From NCBI GenBank assembly GCA_963664115.2, contig CAXWPJ010000002.1, positions 320,001-384,000 on the forward strand: a stretch of DNA of 64,000 nt, given 5' to 3'. A program made the translations under genes and the position numbers. Positions 40,790-51,160 of the stretch are shown in pieces (position 1 is the first letter of the stretch; each line of letters starts with the position of its first letter). Below the pieces are notes generated by a model that saw only the letters and a list, made by a program, of their open reading frames with translations, was not told the origin of the DNA and made no database searches. This DNA is from Terriglobia bacterium (lineage in GTDB: Bacteria > Acidobacteriota > Terriglobia > 20CM-2-55-15).

Positions 40790-41359
40790 ATGAAACTGTG
40801 GGTGGGTGTCTTCGTTCTGATGGCGTTGATGGCCGTAGGAGCAATAGCGGAGCCTGTGGAGTCAGGAGCGCAAGAACTCGAAGTGTGCGAGGCAGACGCT
40901 GAGATCGCAAACCTCAGCTTCACGCTGAAGGATATAAACGGTGAAGACCTCGCCCTCAGCGACTATGCAGGCAAAGTCATCCTGTTGGACTTCTGGGCCA
41001 CGTGGTGTGTCCCGTGCCGGATCGAGATCCCGGGTTTCATTGAGCTGTTCGACACATACGAATCAGAAGGTTTCATCGTCCTGGGCGTGTCGGTGGACGG
41101 TCTGGACGAGCCCGACGTGTCACTCGATGAAACCGTCACCAGGCTCCAGGCCTTCGCCGAGGAGTTACAGATGGACTACCCCATCCTGCTCGGCGCTCGG
41201 CGTCAGGACGTACTGGATGCGTATGGGCCACCGTACGGTTTCCCAACTACATTTGTGATCGGGCGGGATCTCAGGATTTGTGGTCAGCACACGGGCTTTG
41301 CTACCAAGGAAACTTTTGAAGCCGAGATCCGCGCCGCCCTCGCGGATTCCGGCCGCTAG
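40790..41359 (+). CDS. TlpA/ResA-like thiol-disulfide oxidoreductase
   Basis: DFWATWCVPCRIEIP and cis-Pro FPTT. Confidence 0.9.
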   Translation: MKLWVGVFVLMALMAVGAIAEPVESGAQELEVCEADAEIANLSFTLKDINGEDLALSDYAGKVILLDFWATWCVPCRIEIPGFIELFDTYESEGFIVLGVSVDGLDEPDVSLDETVTRLQAFAEELQMDYPILLGARRQDVLDAYGPPYGFPTTFVIGRDLRICGQHTGFATKETFEAEIRAALADSGR

Positions 41360-41519
41360 GACAGCCCCGGAATCAGTCCCGATTCCAATCTCAATACCCG
41401 ATAATTGCTGTCGGAAGTTGACTTGTCCCCGCATGGTCCGTTTGTGATCCAATAAGACTGTGGAGTCCACAAAGTCAATGTGTGGTGTCTCTCCCCGTTC
41501 ACACAAATTTGGAGAAACT

Positions 41520-42473
41520 ATGAAAACCAAGGCAACGTTCGCGATCATGGGATGTCTTTTGGCGTCGACTCTGATCGTCAGCCCACTCGCCCGCGCGCAG
41601 GCGCCGACCGGGACCCTCGCACCCGACATCGCCGGCGTCGTCGCGGCCGGCACTCCGGTCGAACTGATCTGGACGACGTTGACTGATAGCGCTGACGGTA
41701 TCGTGGGCGCTGCCGACGGCAGCCTCCTGTTTGCGCAGGAACCGGTAAGTAGGGTGAGCCGGATCGATGCCCAGGGACAGGTCACGACATATATGGAGAA
41801 TACGAACGGGACCGGTGCGCTTGCGCTCGATGCCCAGGGCCGCATCTTTGCATGCCAGAGACACGATGTTGCGGTCGGTATTCTGGCCCCGGAGGGTCAG
41901 ATTCTCACGGATAACTTCCAGGGTGAACCGCTGTTCGGCGCCAATGATCTGGTCGTCGACAAAAAGGGCGGCGTTTACTTTACCGAGAGCGGACGGATGC
42001 CGTTTCCAGGGGTTTACTACATCAGTCCTGCCGGACAAATGACGAGCCTGGGCAACGATATTCGTGCGAACGGGATCATGCTCAGCGGAGACGAAGGAAC
42101 ACTGTATGTCACTAACAGACAGACAATCCTGGCCTTCGATGTTCTGTCCGACGGAGGGGTGAACAACCGGCGAACCTTTGGCACCGTCGCAGGCGGGCCC
42201 GAGGTTCGCGCCGACGGACTCGCCATCGACGCCATGGGTCGCGTGTATGCCGCGTCCCAGGTCGGCGTCCAGGTGTTCAGCGCGCAAGGAGAGCACCTGG
42301 GCCTCATTCCGGTGCCGCGCCCCACCACGAGCGTTGCCTTTGCAGGAGCAGAAAAGCAGACCCTTTACATGACCGCGCGGGGAGCGGAAGGCGCCGCACC
42401 CGATCAACGGAACGCAAGGTCAATGTACAAAGTAAGGATGCTTGCCAAAGGGTTCGCCGGCCGCGCGAAGTAG
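41520..42473 (+). CDS. SMP-30/gluconolactonase family protein
   Basis: ANDL, ANGI, ADGLAID..GRVY. Confidence 0.88.
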   Translation: MKTKATFAIMGCLLASTLIVSPLARAQAPTGTLAPDIAGVVAAGTPVELIWTTLTDSADGIVGAADGSLLFAQEPVSRVSRIDAQGQVTTYMENTNGTGALALDAQGRIFACQRHDVAVGILAPEGQILTDNFQGEPLFGANDLVVDKKGGVYFTESGRMPFPGVYYISPAGQMTSLGNDIRANGIMLSGDEGTLYVTNRQTILAFDVLSDGGVNNRRTFGTVAGGPEVRADGLAIDAMGRVYAASQVGVQVFSAQGEHLGLIPVPRPTTSVAFAGAEKQTLYMTARGAEGAAPDQRNARSMYKVRMLAKGFAGRAK

Positions 42474-42499
42474 GGCCCGAAGAAGAGCGCAGCAACTGA

Positions 42500-44773
42500 T
42501 TAAAAGCGATGGGTGTACACAATCTTCGTGGCAGCGGTGCGGTCCAGTGTCCTGCGCCGGCCGTCGACATCGTCGATCCAGTTCTGGGCGTAAACGAAGT
42601 AGATGTCGTTTCCCGGTCGCAGGATCCAGCGCGACCGGAACTGCCAGCCCAGGACTCCGCTGACCGAGTCATACTGCACGTTGTTGACAACGGAGATCCT
42701 CGGGCCGAACTGCGCGTTTGCATTCAAACGGTGTACCCGGGTCGAGAACTGACCCTCCAGCAGCTCGACGCGATTCCACTCATTCTCCAGGTTGATGAGC
42801 AGACCCGGACGTGGCCGGATGCCAAGATCGAGTGAAAAATCCCGGCGGCTGCCCGAAAAAAAATCTCCGTCTTCGAAGGTTGACGACACCGACAGAACCC
42901 TCTGGTTCGCAGTCCGCAACTGAACCACATACCGCGTGAAGGAATACTGACCGCCACCGGGCAAGGTCACACCGTCAGAAATCTCGAAGTCTTCTTCAAG
43001 ACGCTCATACATGCGGTGGATATTTGTCGTAATAGTGTCTCCCGACTGGAAATCCACACCAAAGGGGATGACCTGTAAATCCCGGCTGGCCAAACGATTC
43101 TGAGTATCGGTAATGAACTCGGTATCGATCCTGAAATTGAAACGCCTGACAACACTGGAGTCTCGCGGCCGTGGGGTAATATTGAGCTCGGGGTTGTATC
43201 GCCGGATGTTACGTCGCGCAACAAAACCAACGGCCGGATCATAGTTCGCTTGAATCTCACGAAACGGCAGCCGCAATTGGAACAGGTCGTTGGGGTAATC
43301 CATTCGGATCCCGTACATAGCCCGCTGGGTAGGGCCCTTTCCGGTGGTCCAGACGTAATATCCGTTGAGGCTGAGATTTTGAGAGCCCCGGAATTGTGAT
43401 GTGGCCAGGAAGAAGTCGACCCCCATGGTGTGGCGGTCCTTGACAACATTTTTCGGGTCAGGCGCGCCGCTGTTCGGACCAGGCGCGCCGCTTTCGCGCT
43501 CGGCCCTCCGCGTGTACATCCCGCCGACGAAGGACTGCTGAAAGATTTTTCTTTTGCCACGAACGACGGTGAAGTCTTCGCCGACCCGGTCGGCCTCGGC
43601 CGCTGTACTCACCTGGAGGATTCCGATGTCGTTCGACCCCACCTGGCCCGTGATCTTTGCGCCGTAGTTGATGCGTTGCGGCCGCCCGTCGGTCAGGCCG
43701 ATGCGGCGGCTGAAGAACGGCACGACCACGGGGCCAAACTCGCGCCCGAAATCGAAGAAATTGTTCCCTTCGAGGAAAAAGTCGCGCCGCTCGGGAAAGA
43801 ACAGTCGGAAGCGGGTCAGGTTGACTTGCCGCTGGTCGACTTCCGTCTGGGCAAAATCGGTGTTAATCGTGAAGTTGGCCTTCAGTTGAGGCGTGATGCT
43901 GTAGATGAAATCAACTCCGGCATCACCCGTGTATGTCGAATCGACACCTCGGCCCGGAGCGGCGCTGTAGTTACCGACGGCATACGGTTGGACGTCCAGG
44001 CCGATCCCCTGGCTCACCTCTGTGATGCCCTCCAGCAGGCCCGCGTTGATCATTCGGAACAGTCCCTGATTGCGTGCATATCCCGTCCAGAGACTCTCTT
44101 CGTTCTTGCGCCGGATGGTGCGCTGGAAGTTCACGCCCCAGGCGGGAGCGGCGGGATCGAAGTTCAGTGTCCGGAAAGGGATTTCGATCTCGATCGTCCA
44201 TCCGATCTCGGTCTTCTGGACCCGCGCATTCCAGATGCCGTCCCAGGCCCGCTCCGTAGCACCTGTGTTTACACTCAGCAACAGGGTGCCATCGCCCATT
44301 GCGCCGCTCGGGTTCACTTCGAATGAATATCCGGATGTCCCGTCCAGATTGGGATCAAACGTCCACATGAAACGGTCGTCAGCCGAAAGCGAACCGTCCC
44401 TCTGCATGGTGTTTCCCAGCACCGCGTCCGGCTGGGAGTCAAAACAGATCACGCCCATGAAGAGGCTGTTTTCGCTAAACAAGAAGCGGACTTCCGTGCG
44501 TTCCGTCGCCGGCGCGCCATTGTCGGGATCTTCCTGCCTGAAGTCGGTCGCAGGAACTGCACGTTCCCATGCTGTCTCGTTGAGGTTGCCGTCGAGTACG
44601 ATCTCCTCCCCCGACGCCAGGCGTTCTGCCCGGACCCGCGGTGCGCCCTCATAGCCCGAAAGATCGCCCCCACCTGCCGGATTCTGGGCGAGGGACGAAA
44701 TCGGAACCGAAGCGATGACAAACAAGAATAAACAACAGAGTTTCTTGTTCCGGATAGATGGACGCTGCACCAA
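42500..44773 (-). CDS. DUF5916-like outer-membrane protein with CBM9-like N-domain
   Basis: LDGxLxE..W, GWTIEIEIPF, NTDFAQTEVD, FFPERRDFFLEG, FFSRRIG. Confidence 0.85.
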   Translation of the reverse strand: MVQRPSIRNKKLCCLFLFVIASVPISSLAQNPAGGGDLSGYEGAPRVRAERLASGEEIVLDGNLNETAWERAVPATDFRQEDPDNGAPATERTEVRFLFSENSLFMGVICFDSQPDAVLGNTMQRDGSLSADDRFMWTFDPNLDGTSGYSFEVNPSGAMGDGTLLLSVNTGATERAWDGIWNARVQKTEIGWTIEIEIPFRTLNFDPAAPAWGVNFQRTIRRKNEESLWTGYARNQGLFRMINAGLLEGITEVSQGIGLDVQPYAVGNYSAAPGRGVDSTYTGDAGVDFIYSITPQLKANFTINTDFAQTEVDQRQVNLTRFRLFFPERRDFFLEGNNFFDFGREFGPVVVPFFSRRIGLTDGRPQRINYGAKITGQVGSNDIGILQVSTAAEADRVGEDFTVVRGKRKIFQQSFVGGMYTRRAERESGAPGPNSGAPDPKNVVKDRHTMGVDFFLATSQFRGSQNLSLNGYYVWTTGKGPTQRAMYGIRMDYPNDLFQLRLPFREIQANYDPAVGFVARRNIRRYNPELNITPRPRDSSVVRRFNFRIDTEFITDTQNRLASRDLQVIPFGVDFQSGDTITTNIHRMYERLEEDFEISDGVTLPGGGQYSFTRYVVQLRTANQRVLSVSSTFEDGDFFSGSRRDFSLDLGIRPRPGLLINLENEWNRVELLEGQFSTRVHRLNANAQFGPRISVVNNVQYDSVSGVLGWQFRSRWILRPGNDIYFVYAQNWIDDVDGRRRTLDRTAATKIVYTHRF

Positions 44774-44822
44774 TTTTAAGTAGTTCTCCTGAAGTTTCCG
44801 CGGTCTGCGTCCGCTCTCGGGG

Positions 44823-47255
44823 TCAAAACTGGTATCTCAGTCCGACTTCGATTTCGCGGGGTGCGAACGCGCTCGTCGACAGCCCGAAATTCCTCGACGT
44901 CATCACGCCGACTGGAGCTTCAAGGTTCGTCATGTTGAAGGCGTTGTCGATGTTTGCAAAGAGACTGATCTGGGTGCCGCCGCTGGTGTTGCCCCCCGGC
45001 CCCAAGTTGAGTTGGAAAGCCTTTGAGACATTGAAGCCGACCGCGAAGAAACGGGGGCCGGTTTCGCTGTTGCGGCGAACCCCTTCGGGACGGTCGCTGA
45101 ACTGTCCGTCCTTGTTGTCATCCGTCCCTGTGGTGATGTTGTAAATCTCACCGCTGTTGGCGGAGAAACTCGTGGTCAAGTACACGTCCCGTGGCAGGCG
45201 GGAATTGATGCTGGCTGTGAGCGTGTGGTTTTCCTGCGATCCGGCCCGGCCCCAGTCCCAAAACAGGTCATAGGCGTTCGAGAGCATATTGCCATCGCTA
45301 TAGCCTCTGTTACCGACGTAGTTTGCAACGATGTTGAAGATGCTGAAGCGCTGCCGAAGAGAGATCCTGTAGTTCGTGTGCGAGGAAAGACCTGCGGTGC
45401 GTTCCTCGATGATGTCGCCTTCGTTCGGAAAGGGCTTAAGACCGTCGGGGTTCTCCGGAGTGATCGATCCGGGAAAAGGCGTGTTGATATTCCGCCGCCG
45501 TTTCAGATTGACGCCACGATTGTGATCCACGCTGAAGTTGATTTGCAAATTCCCGGGCAGGCTCCTCTCCAGGGCGATAACAGTAGTCACGTAGTACGGA
45601 GTCCGCATGTCCGAGGTAGCTATTCTCCGCGATCTGGGGGGAATGGTCTCAATGTCGCCCGACTGGAACGGATCGGGCCAACCCGGTTGTGAAACGCGAA
45701 GACCAAACTGTCGCTGGCCGTCAAATCGCAGCAGTCGCTTTTGGTCTCGGATGGTCCAGGGTTCGTGAATGGTTCCAATCCCCGCGCGGATGACGGTGGA
45801 ACTCCCGGCTGCGTATGCGATGTTCAGTCGCGGATCCATTGCATGATTCCCGTCCACGTTGTTCTGCCCCTGGTAGCGGAACCCGAGCATCAGCGTGAGC
45901 CGGTTCGTCAAACGCAGATCGTTCTGCACGAAAGCGGCAATCTGCAAGTGATTGACGTCCAGTACCGGATCCCCACGGTTCACGTCGTACTGGGAAGGCG
46001 TCCGGTTTCGATAATTTTCGAGATCTGAAAATGTATACAGGCCCAGAAAATTGTTCTCGTCCACCTCGCGTTCCCTGCGATAGGTCCCTTCCGTACCGGC
46101 CCTCAGGGTCAGTCGACCGTCGGTGAAATAAAGAAGGTTCCCGAATCCAAAATCAGTGGCGTCGCTCTCACTGCGGTTCTGTCCACCCCCACCGTTGAAC
46201 GCGGCCAGGACATTGACCCCCGGACCGATGGTCAGCGGTGTTGTTTCACTGTGTCCCTGCTGCCATGAAAAGCGAGTTTCATACACTGCCCGGTCAGAAA
46301 GAACGGCGATATGACGCAGGTCCACCTCGTAGTTGTTACTCCTGGAATCGGACCCGCGCTCGGGGAGGGTGAAGTTTCCAATGCCCTGGTTCTCGCGGCT
46401 GAAGGACCGATGCTCTACTCCGAAGTGCAGAGATTGGGTATCGGTGAACTGCAAGATTCCCCGCCCCTCGTAAAATTTGCCGACGTTGGGCCGCGTGATA
46501 CCCAGGGCAAAAGGCCCATCCAAGGTCTCCGCCTTGACCGTACCCACGTTCTCTCTTCGGTTGTTACGCAGGCTGAAGCTGACCGTCAAGCGATCGCGAA
46601 TGACAGGGCCACTGATGTTGCCGCTGATCGTCCTCTCGTGATACGGAGGCTTGTTTTCGGCCGCGGGGTTTCGGGCATTCAGAACGTCGTCCTGGAACGC
46701 CGCCGAGAAGTTCCCATGGAAGGCGCCAGTCCCTCCACGCTCGATCACCTCGGTCGACTGTCGGAGGCTGCCAGGCCCCGTACCGCCACCCACGCTGTTT
46801 TCAGCGGTCAGCGGATTGTTGACGACCCGGATTTCCTGGATGCGGTCGGGTTGTGGGCTATCGTCACCGGCGATCTGCCCACCGATCAACGCACCGCTAG
46901 ATTCGAACTCCTCCCACACCTCGCGCTGGGCAGGAGTCAGGAAGTCTGAAAGGATAGCCCGGAACTCGTCGTGGATCCACTGAATGCCGGCCAGGGCCCG
47001 GTCTCTCTGATCCCCTTCGGGAACCCCGCTGCTGAAATCCATGATCTCGCCGAAGAGACTCTCGGAAGCCTGGCGCCGGTCTTCGAGCAGGAGCGCGATC
47101 TGCCTTTCCTGTTCTGGCGTGAACGGGACCCCGGCAGCGGCAAGCACTTCGGCCACCTGGGTTCTCAGTTCATCGAGTGGATTCTGGGTAACAAGTTGTC
47201 CCAAAGCGACGGTCGTCAACAGGGCGCAAACCAGCCACAGTCTCATCAAGTTCAC
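44823..47255 (-). CDS. TonB-dependent-receptor-like barrel, paralog of 26144
   Basis: NPLDELR N-domain, LNARNP, terminal REIEVGLRYQF. Confidence 0.8.
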   Translation of the reverse strand: MNLMRLWLVCALLTTVALGQLVTQNPLDELRTQVAEVLAAAGVPFTPEQERQIALLLEDRRQASESLFGEIMDFSSGVPEGDQRDRALAGIQWIHDEFRAILSDFLTPAQREVWEEFESSGALIGGQIAGDDSPQPDRIQEIRVVNNPLTAENSVGGGTGPGSLRQSTEVIERGGTGAFHGNFSAAFQDDVLNARNPAAENKPPYHERTISGNISGPVIRDRLTVSFSLRNNRRENVGTVKAETLDGPFALGITRPNVGKFYEGRGILQFTDTQSLHFGVEHRSFSRENQGIGNFTLPERGSDSRSNNYEVDLRHIAVLSDRAVYETRFSWQQGHSETTPLTIGPGVNVLAAFNGGGGQNRSESDATDFGFGNLLYFTDGRLTLRAGTEGTYRREREVDENNFLGLYTFSDLENYRNRTPSQYDVNRGDPVLDVNHLQIAAFVQNDLRLTNRLTLMLGFRYQGQNNVDGNHAMDPRLNIAYAAGSSTVIRAGIGTIHEPWTIRDQKRLLRFDGQRQFGLRVSQPGWPDPFQSGDIETIPPRSRRIATSDMRTPYYVTTVIALERSLPGNLQINFSVDHNRGVNLKRRRNINTPFPGSITPENPDGLKPFPNEGDIIEERTAGLSSHTNYRISLRQRFSIFNIVANYVGNRGYSDGNMLSNAYDLFWDWGRAGSQENHTLTASINSRLPRDVYLTTSFSANSGEIYNITTGTDDNKDGQFSDRPEGVRRNSETGPRFFAVGFNVSKAFQLNLGPGGNTSGGTQISLFANIDNAFNMTNLEAPVGVMTSRNFGLSTSAFAPREIEVGLRYQF

Positions 47256-47680
47256 AGTCGGCGCTATCCTCCTCCATCCTCAATCCTTTTGATTGTACTT
47301 CGGGTCAGGTGACCTCGCCAAATCCGTGCCAATACACGTCCTCAGATACCCACTAATCGAAATCACCCTTGAGAAACCCGCCACCTCGCAGTTCCTGTCA
47401 TTAGTACTAAGTACTAAATGATGGGACGCCAGATCACAGTAATGCCGCCAACACCAGTCACATGACTCGTTTCGCGCGCACCGTGCCAAAGCAGACTCCA
47501 TGGTGCGTGCCGATCGGCGTCGCATACGCTTCCAGCGAGCGTGGGATTGCTGAGTAACGCCACCTCTAGCCGGTCGATGTACGATGCGTATGGTCCAGCC
47601 GCGGGCTGTGGTATATTGCGCGCCTATATCGAGGAACTAACAGCGCTGAGAAAATTCTCATTTTTGTCAGGAGGCAGGGT

Positions 47681-48844
47681 ATGAAGAACATGTCCTTACG
47701 CACTCATCTTTTCCCGTCCCTAATCATTGCCATGCTGATCCTGGTACTTGCGACCGGTTGCGCTCCGGGGGAACCGGAGGCCGGGCCGGAACCCGTGGCG
47801 GATGGTGTACCGGCCGAGTTCGACACGGCGGAATATGGGATTCGTCTCGTGACCGTCGCCGACGGCCTCGCTTACCCCTATTCGATGGTATTTCTGCCAG
47901 ACGGCAACATGCTGTTTACGGAGATGGATGGACAGTTGCGCATGATTCGTGACGGTGTGCTCCAGGAGCAGCCGATCTCAGGAATACCTGAGGTGTTTCA
48001 CGATGGGCCTTCGAAGGGCTTGATGGATCTCGCGCTCCATCCCGACTTCACCGAAAATAATTTGGTGTATTTTACCTACGACAAGGAAGGCGAAGACGGC
48101 GTCACCGAAGCCCTCGCGCGGGGAGTGTTCGACGGAACCACGTTAAGCGATGTCGAAGACGTTTTTATCGCCGACGCCTGGGCAGTAACAAACGGGCGGC
48201 AAAACTCCCGCATCACGTTTGCTCCCGATGGGACTATCTTCATGTCGGCCAGTGCTGGAGGCCGGCCGAACCTGGGGCGCGGGCAGGAGCTCGACAATCA
48301 CGCCGGGAAGATCCTACGGATCCGCGATGACGGCTCCGTACCGGACGACAACCCTTTCGTCGGCCGCGCAGGCACCAGCCCCGAAATCTTCACCTACGGG
48401 CATCAGAATATCCATGCGATGGCCACGCATCCGGTGACCGGCGATATCTGGTCCGTTGAGCACGGCGACGAGGCCAACATCCTCAGCGCCGGAGCCAACT
48501 ACGGAGTCGGGCTTGAAGACGAGTCCGCAGCCGAGGTAGACGTGACCGAAGCGCATATCTCCTGGATCGATCCGGACATTCATCCTTCGGGTATGTTGTT
48601 CTATACCGGAGACGCCTTCCCCGCGTGGAAGGGCAGCCTATTTCTCGGTGGCCTGAATACGAATCAAATTCATCGGGTCTCGTTCGACGAGGCAGGCAAC
48701 GCCGAGTTCCGTGAGAATCTCTTCAGCAATATCGGCCAGTGGGTCCGCGACTTGCGGCAGGGACCGGATGGATTTATCTATTTCACGAGCTACGATGATC
48801 CGGACGCTCTGGGTATGATCCGGCGCATCGAACCAGCGGAATAA
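47681..48844 (+). CDS. PQQ-dependent aldose sugar dehydrogenase (GSDH/YliI-like) lipoprotein
   Basis: Lipobox LATGC; FLPDG, LHPDF, GKILRI, PDDNPF, QGPDG. Confidence 0.88.
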   Translation: MKNMSLRTHLFPSLIIAMLILVLATGCAPGEPEAGPEPVADGVPAEFDTAEYGIRLVTVADGLAYPYSMVFLPDGNMLFTEMDGQLRMIRDGVLQEQPISGIPEVFHDGPSKGLMDLALHPDFTENNLVYFTYDKEGEDGVTEALARGVFDGTTLSDVEDVFIADAWAVTNGRQNSRITFAPDGTIFMSASAGGRPNLGRGQELDNHAGKILRIRDDGSVPDDNPFVGRAGTSPEIFTYGHQNIHAMATHPVTGDIWSVEHGDEANILSAGANYGVGLEDESAAEVDVTEAHISWIDPDIHPSGMLFYTGDAFPAWKGSLFLGGLNTNQIHRVSFDEAGNAEFRENLFSNIGQWVRDLRQGPDGFIYFTSYDDPDALGMIRRIEPAE

Positions 48845-48951
48845 ACGCCAGCCGTCAGGTATCTCACCGATACCTGCTGCCGTTCTTCTCCGCTGATTGC
48901 AATCACAAGGCAGGCGACGTACTGCCTTGGACAAGGGGAGCTTGGATTGTC

Positions 48952-50400
48952 ATGCCATTGCTAAAATTTGCATCGGGTCCGATTGTTTTTCTCTTGGTCT
49001 ATTTGCTCCCTATTGAGGGCGCGACACAGCAGGGCCGCCTTGCCTTGGCTGTCTTCGGGTGGATGGTCAGTTGGTGGATGTTGCGACCTGTTCCATGGGC
49101 TGTCGCTTCTATCATGCCTCTGATCCTGTTCCCGATGTTCAATGTCATGAGTGTCGGCGCTACGGTGGGGCTTTACGGCCAGAACATCTTCTTCTGGATC
49201 TGGGGAACCATAATGATGGGCTACGCCATGGACCGCCACGGGCTGGCGAAACGTTTTGCCCTCTGGTTCATGTCCTTGAAATGGGTCAGCGGAAGCTCCT
49301 ACCGCGTCGCGTTCGGATTTATGCTGGCAACCGCATTGATTTCAATGATCGTCTCCGACGCGGCGACTGTTGCGATGATGATTCCAGTGGCAGTCTCTCT
49401 CGTGGCTTTCATCCGCAGCGTCCAGCCCGAAGGGCAGACGGGCAAATCCAATTTCGGCGCCTTCCTGGTACTGGGGGCGCTATATGGCAGTGTTGCCGGG
49501 GGGACCGCCACAATCGCTGGAATTCCCCACAATGCCCTGAGCGTCACGTTACTGGAGCAGTTTACCGGCAGGGCCTTGGGCTGGTTTGAATGGATGTCGG
49601 CGGGTTTCCCTGTATTCGTGGTCTTACTGTTGGTGTTCTATTTCGTTCTGCGGGTCTTCCTGCCCCCGGAATTCAAGATCGTTCCGGGAGGCAGCGAGTT
49701 TCTCCAGAGGGAGCGCGAAAAACTCGGCCCCATCACCCCAGGCGAGCGAGCAACATTGTTTGTGTTCGTCACGATGGTTACTCTGTTCGTTTTGCCGACC
49801 GCGTTTAACCTTCTCCTCGGATCACAACACGCGGTAACCGTCTGGGGCGCCCGGGCCCTGAACCTGTACGTGGTGCCGCCGATTGTTCTTCTCTTGCTCT
49901 TTAGCACGCCCGTAGATTTGAAGAAGGGTCAGTTTGTGCTCGGGTGGAAAGAGGTGGTGGTCAACACCCCCTGGGACATCATGATCCTTGTGACGGCTGC
50001 AGCCGCTGTCATGGACGCCCTGGTCGATTTCGGGTTTGTGGATTTAGCGGGAGAGGCCGTGGCGGGCCTGGGCTTAGGATCCACGGCCCTTGCCTTTGTG
50101 GCGTCCTATGTCGTCGCTTTCAGCACCAACATGATCTCAGGAGTCGCGGCGACCAGTTTCTTCAGTGGCATATTCATTCCCGCGGCCGAGCAGGTCGGGT
50201 TCAATCCCGCCTCGATGGCTATTCTGATTCCGAACGCCGCCGTGGGCATCGCTCTCCCGTGGGCCGGGGCCTCATGTGCAACCGCTTTCGCAACAGGTCA
50301 GATCGACATGAAGGACATGATTAAGATTGGGCTGGTCGCGACGTTCCTCTTTGCCTTCACCACAGCCGTCGTTCATATCCTGCTGGCTCCATTCGTGTGA
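48952..50400 (+). CDS. DASS/SLC13 sodium:anion symporter
   Basis: Multi-TM; SMIVSDAAT, GGTATIAGIPHN, DMIKIG. Confidence 0.85.
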   Translation: MPLLKFASGPIVFLLVYLLPIEGATQQGRLALAVFGWMVSWWMLRPVPWAVASIMPLILFPMFNVMSVGATVGLYGQNIFFWIWGTIMMGYAMDRHGLAKRFALWFMSLKWVSGSSYRVAFGFMLATALISMIVSDAATVAMMIPVAVSLVAFIRSVQPEGQTGKSNFGAFLVLGALYGSVAGGTATIAGIPHNALSVTLLEQFTGRALGWFEWMSAGFPVFVVLLLVFYFVLRVFLPPEFKIVPGGSEFLQREREKLGPITPGERATLFVFVTMVTLFVLPTAFNLLLGSQHAVTVWGARALNLYVVPPIVLLLLFSTPVDLKKGQFVLGWKEVVVNTPWDIMILVTAAAAVMDALVDFGFVDLAGEAVAGLGLGSTALAFVASYVVAFSTNMISGVAATSFFSGIFIPAAEQVGFNPASMAILIPNAAVGIALPWAGASCATAFATGQIDMKDMIKIGLVATFLFAFTTAVVHILLAPFV

Positions 50401-50453
50401 TTGGCTAGCGACTTAGGGTGATAGACGGGTACCGTGAGCCGCTGGAAATGTCT

Positions 50454-50483
50454 TTGACAGCACCAGACACCCACAACTATACT
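50454..50483 (+). promoter_or_regulatory. sigma70-type promoter
   Basis: TTGACA-18 nt-TATACT. Confidence 0.65.
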
Positions 50484-50564
50484 CACACTAATCGGACAAC
50501 GGTTCCGCGGCATCGCAGCAATTATTGAAAGCAGCAAAACAGTAGCAATGGAGCAATCAGAAAT

Positions 50565-50963
50565 ATGAAGGTTTCCACTTTAGCCGTTCTGGTTATTGTC
50601 GGACTTGCGGCCTTTCCGGCTATGGCCCACCATTCGTTCACTACTTTCTGGCACATGGACCAAACGGTTGAAATCACCGGGATCGTGAGGTCGACCCGGA
50701 TAATCAATCCACACGGGGAACTGACTATCGAAGTCACGGAACCGAACGGTGAGACGGCTCTTTGGTACATCACCTCGAGAGGCCCGGCGCAAGCGACAAG
50801 AAGAGCCGGTTGGGAGAACGGGTTGTTGGTTGGTGAGACGGTCACCGTTGAGGGCAGCCCCTCACGTAAAGAAGGTGCGAAGGCCCTGGCTGCGGGTAAG
50901 GTAACCCTGTCCGACGGCAAAGTGATGTGGCTTGGCGGCGGCGGGGGCGTTCCCGGACAATAG
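50565..50963 (+). CDS. DUF6152-like exported protein
   Basis: AMA-HHSF and INPHG motifs. Confidence 0.8.
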   Translation: MKVSTLAVLVIVGLAAFPAMAHHSFTTFWHMDQTVEITGIVRSTRIINPHGELTIEVTEPNGETALWYITSRGPAQATRRAGWENGLLVGETVTVEGSPSRKEGAKALAAGKVTLSDGKVMWLGGGGGVPGQ

Positions 50964-51160
50964 CCTGCCGATTCGAAACAGATCGCGGTTTCGCCGCAGC
51001 TGAAGAATCGGCGAGTATTTCGCGTCTTTGACGACTTCCGCGCTGAGTTTAGGTATAGATATGTCGGGGGAGCTAGCGCTCCCCTTTCCGATGGAGAGTC
51101 GTGGATTCGTGGTCTGCGAGCATCTGCTTCTGGAATTGGCTTTCGAACTGGAGAAGATCG

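Noticed and set aside
43459-43495. 21-bp-period repeat caggcgcgccgct in the DUF5916-like gene
   Set aside because: A small in-frame loop duplication (SGAPGPNSGAPDP) with no wider pattern.
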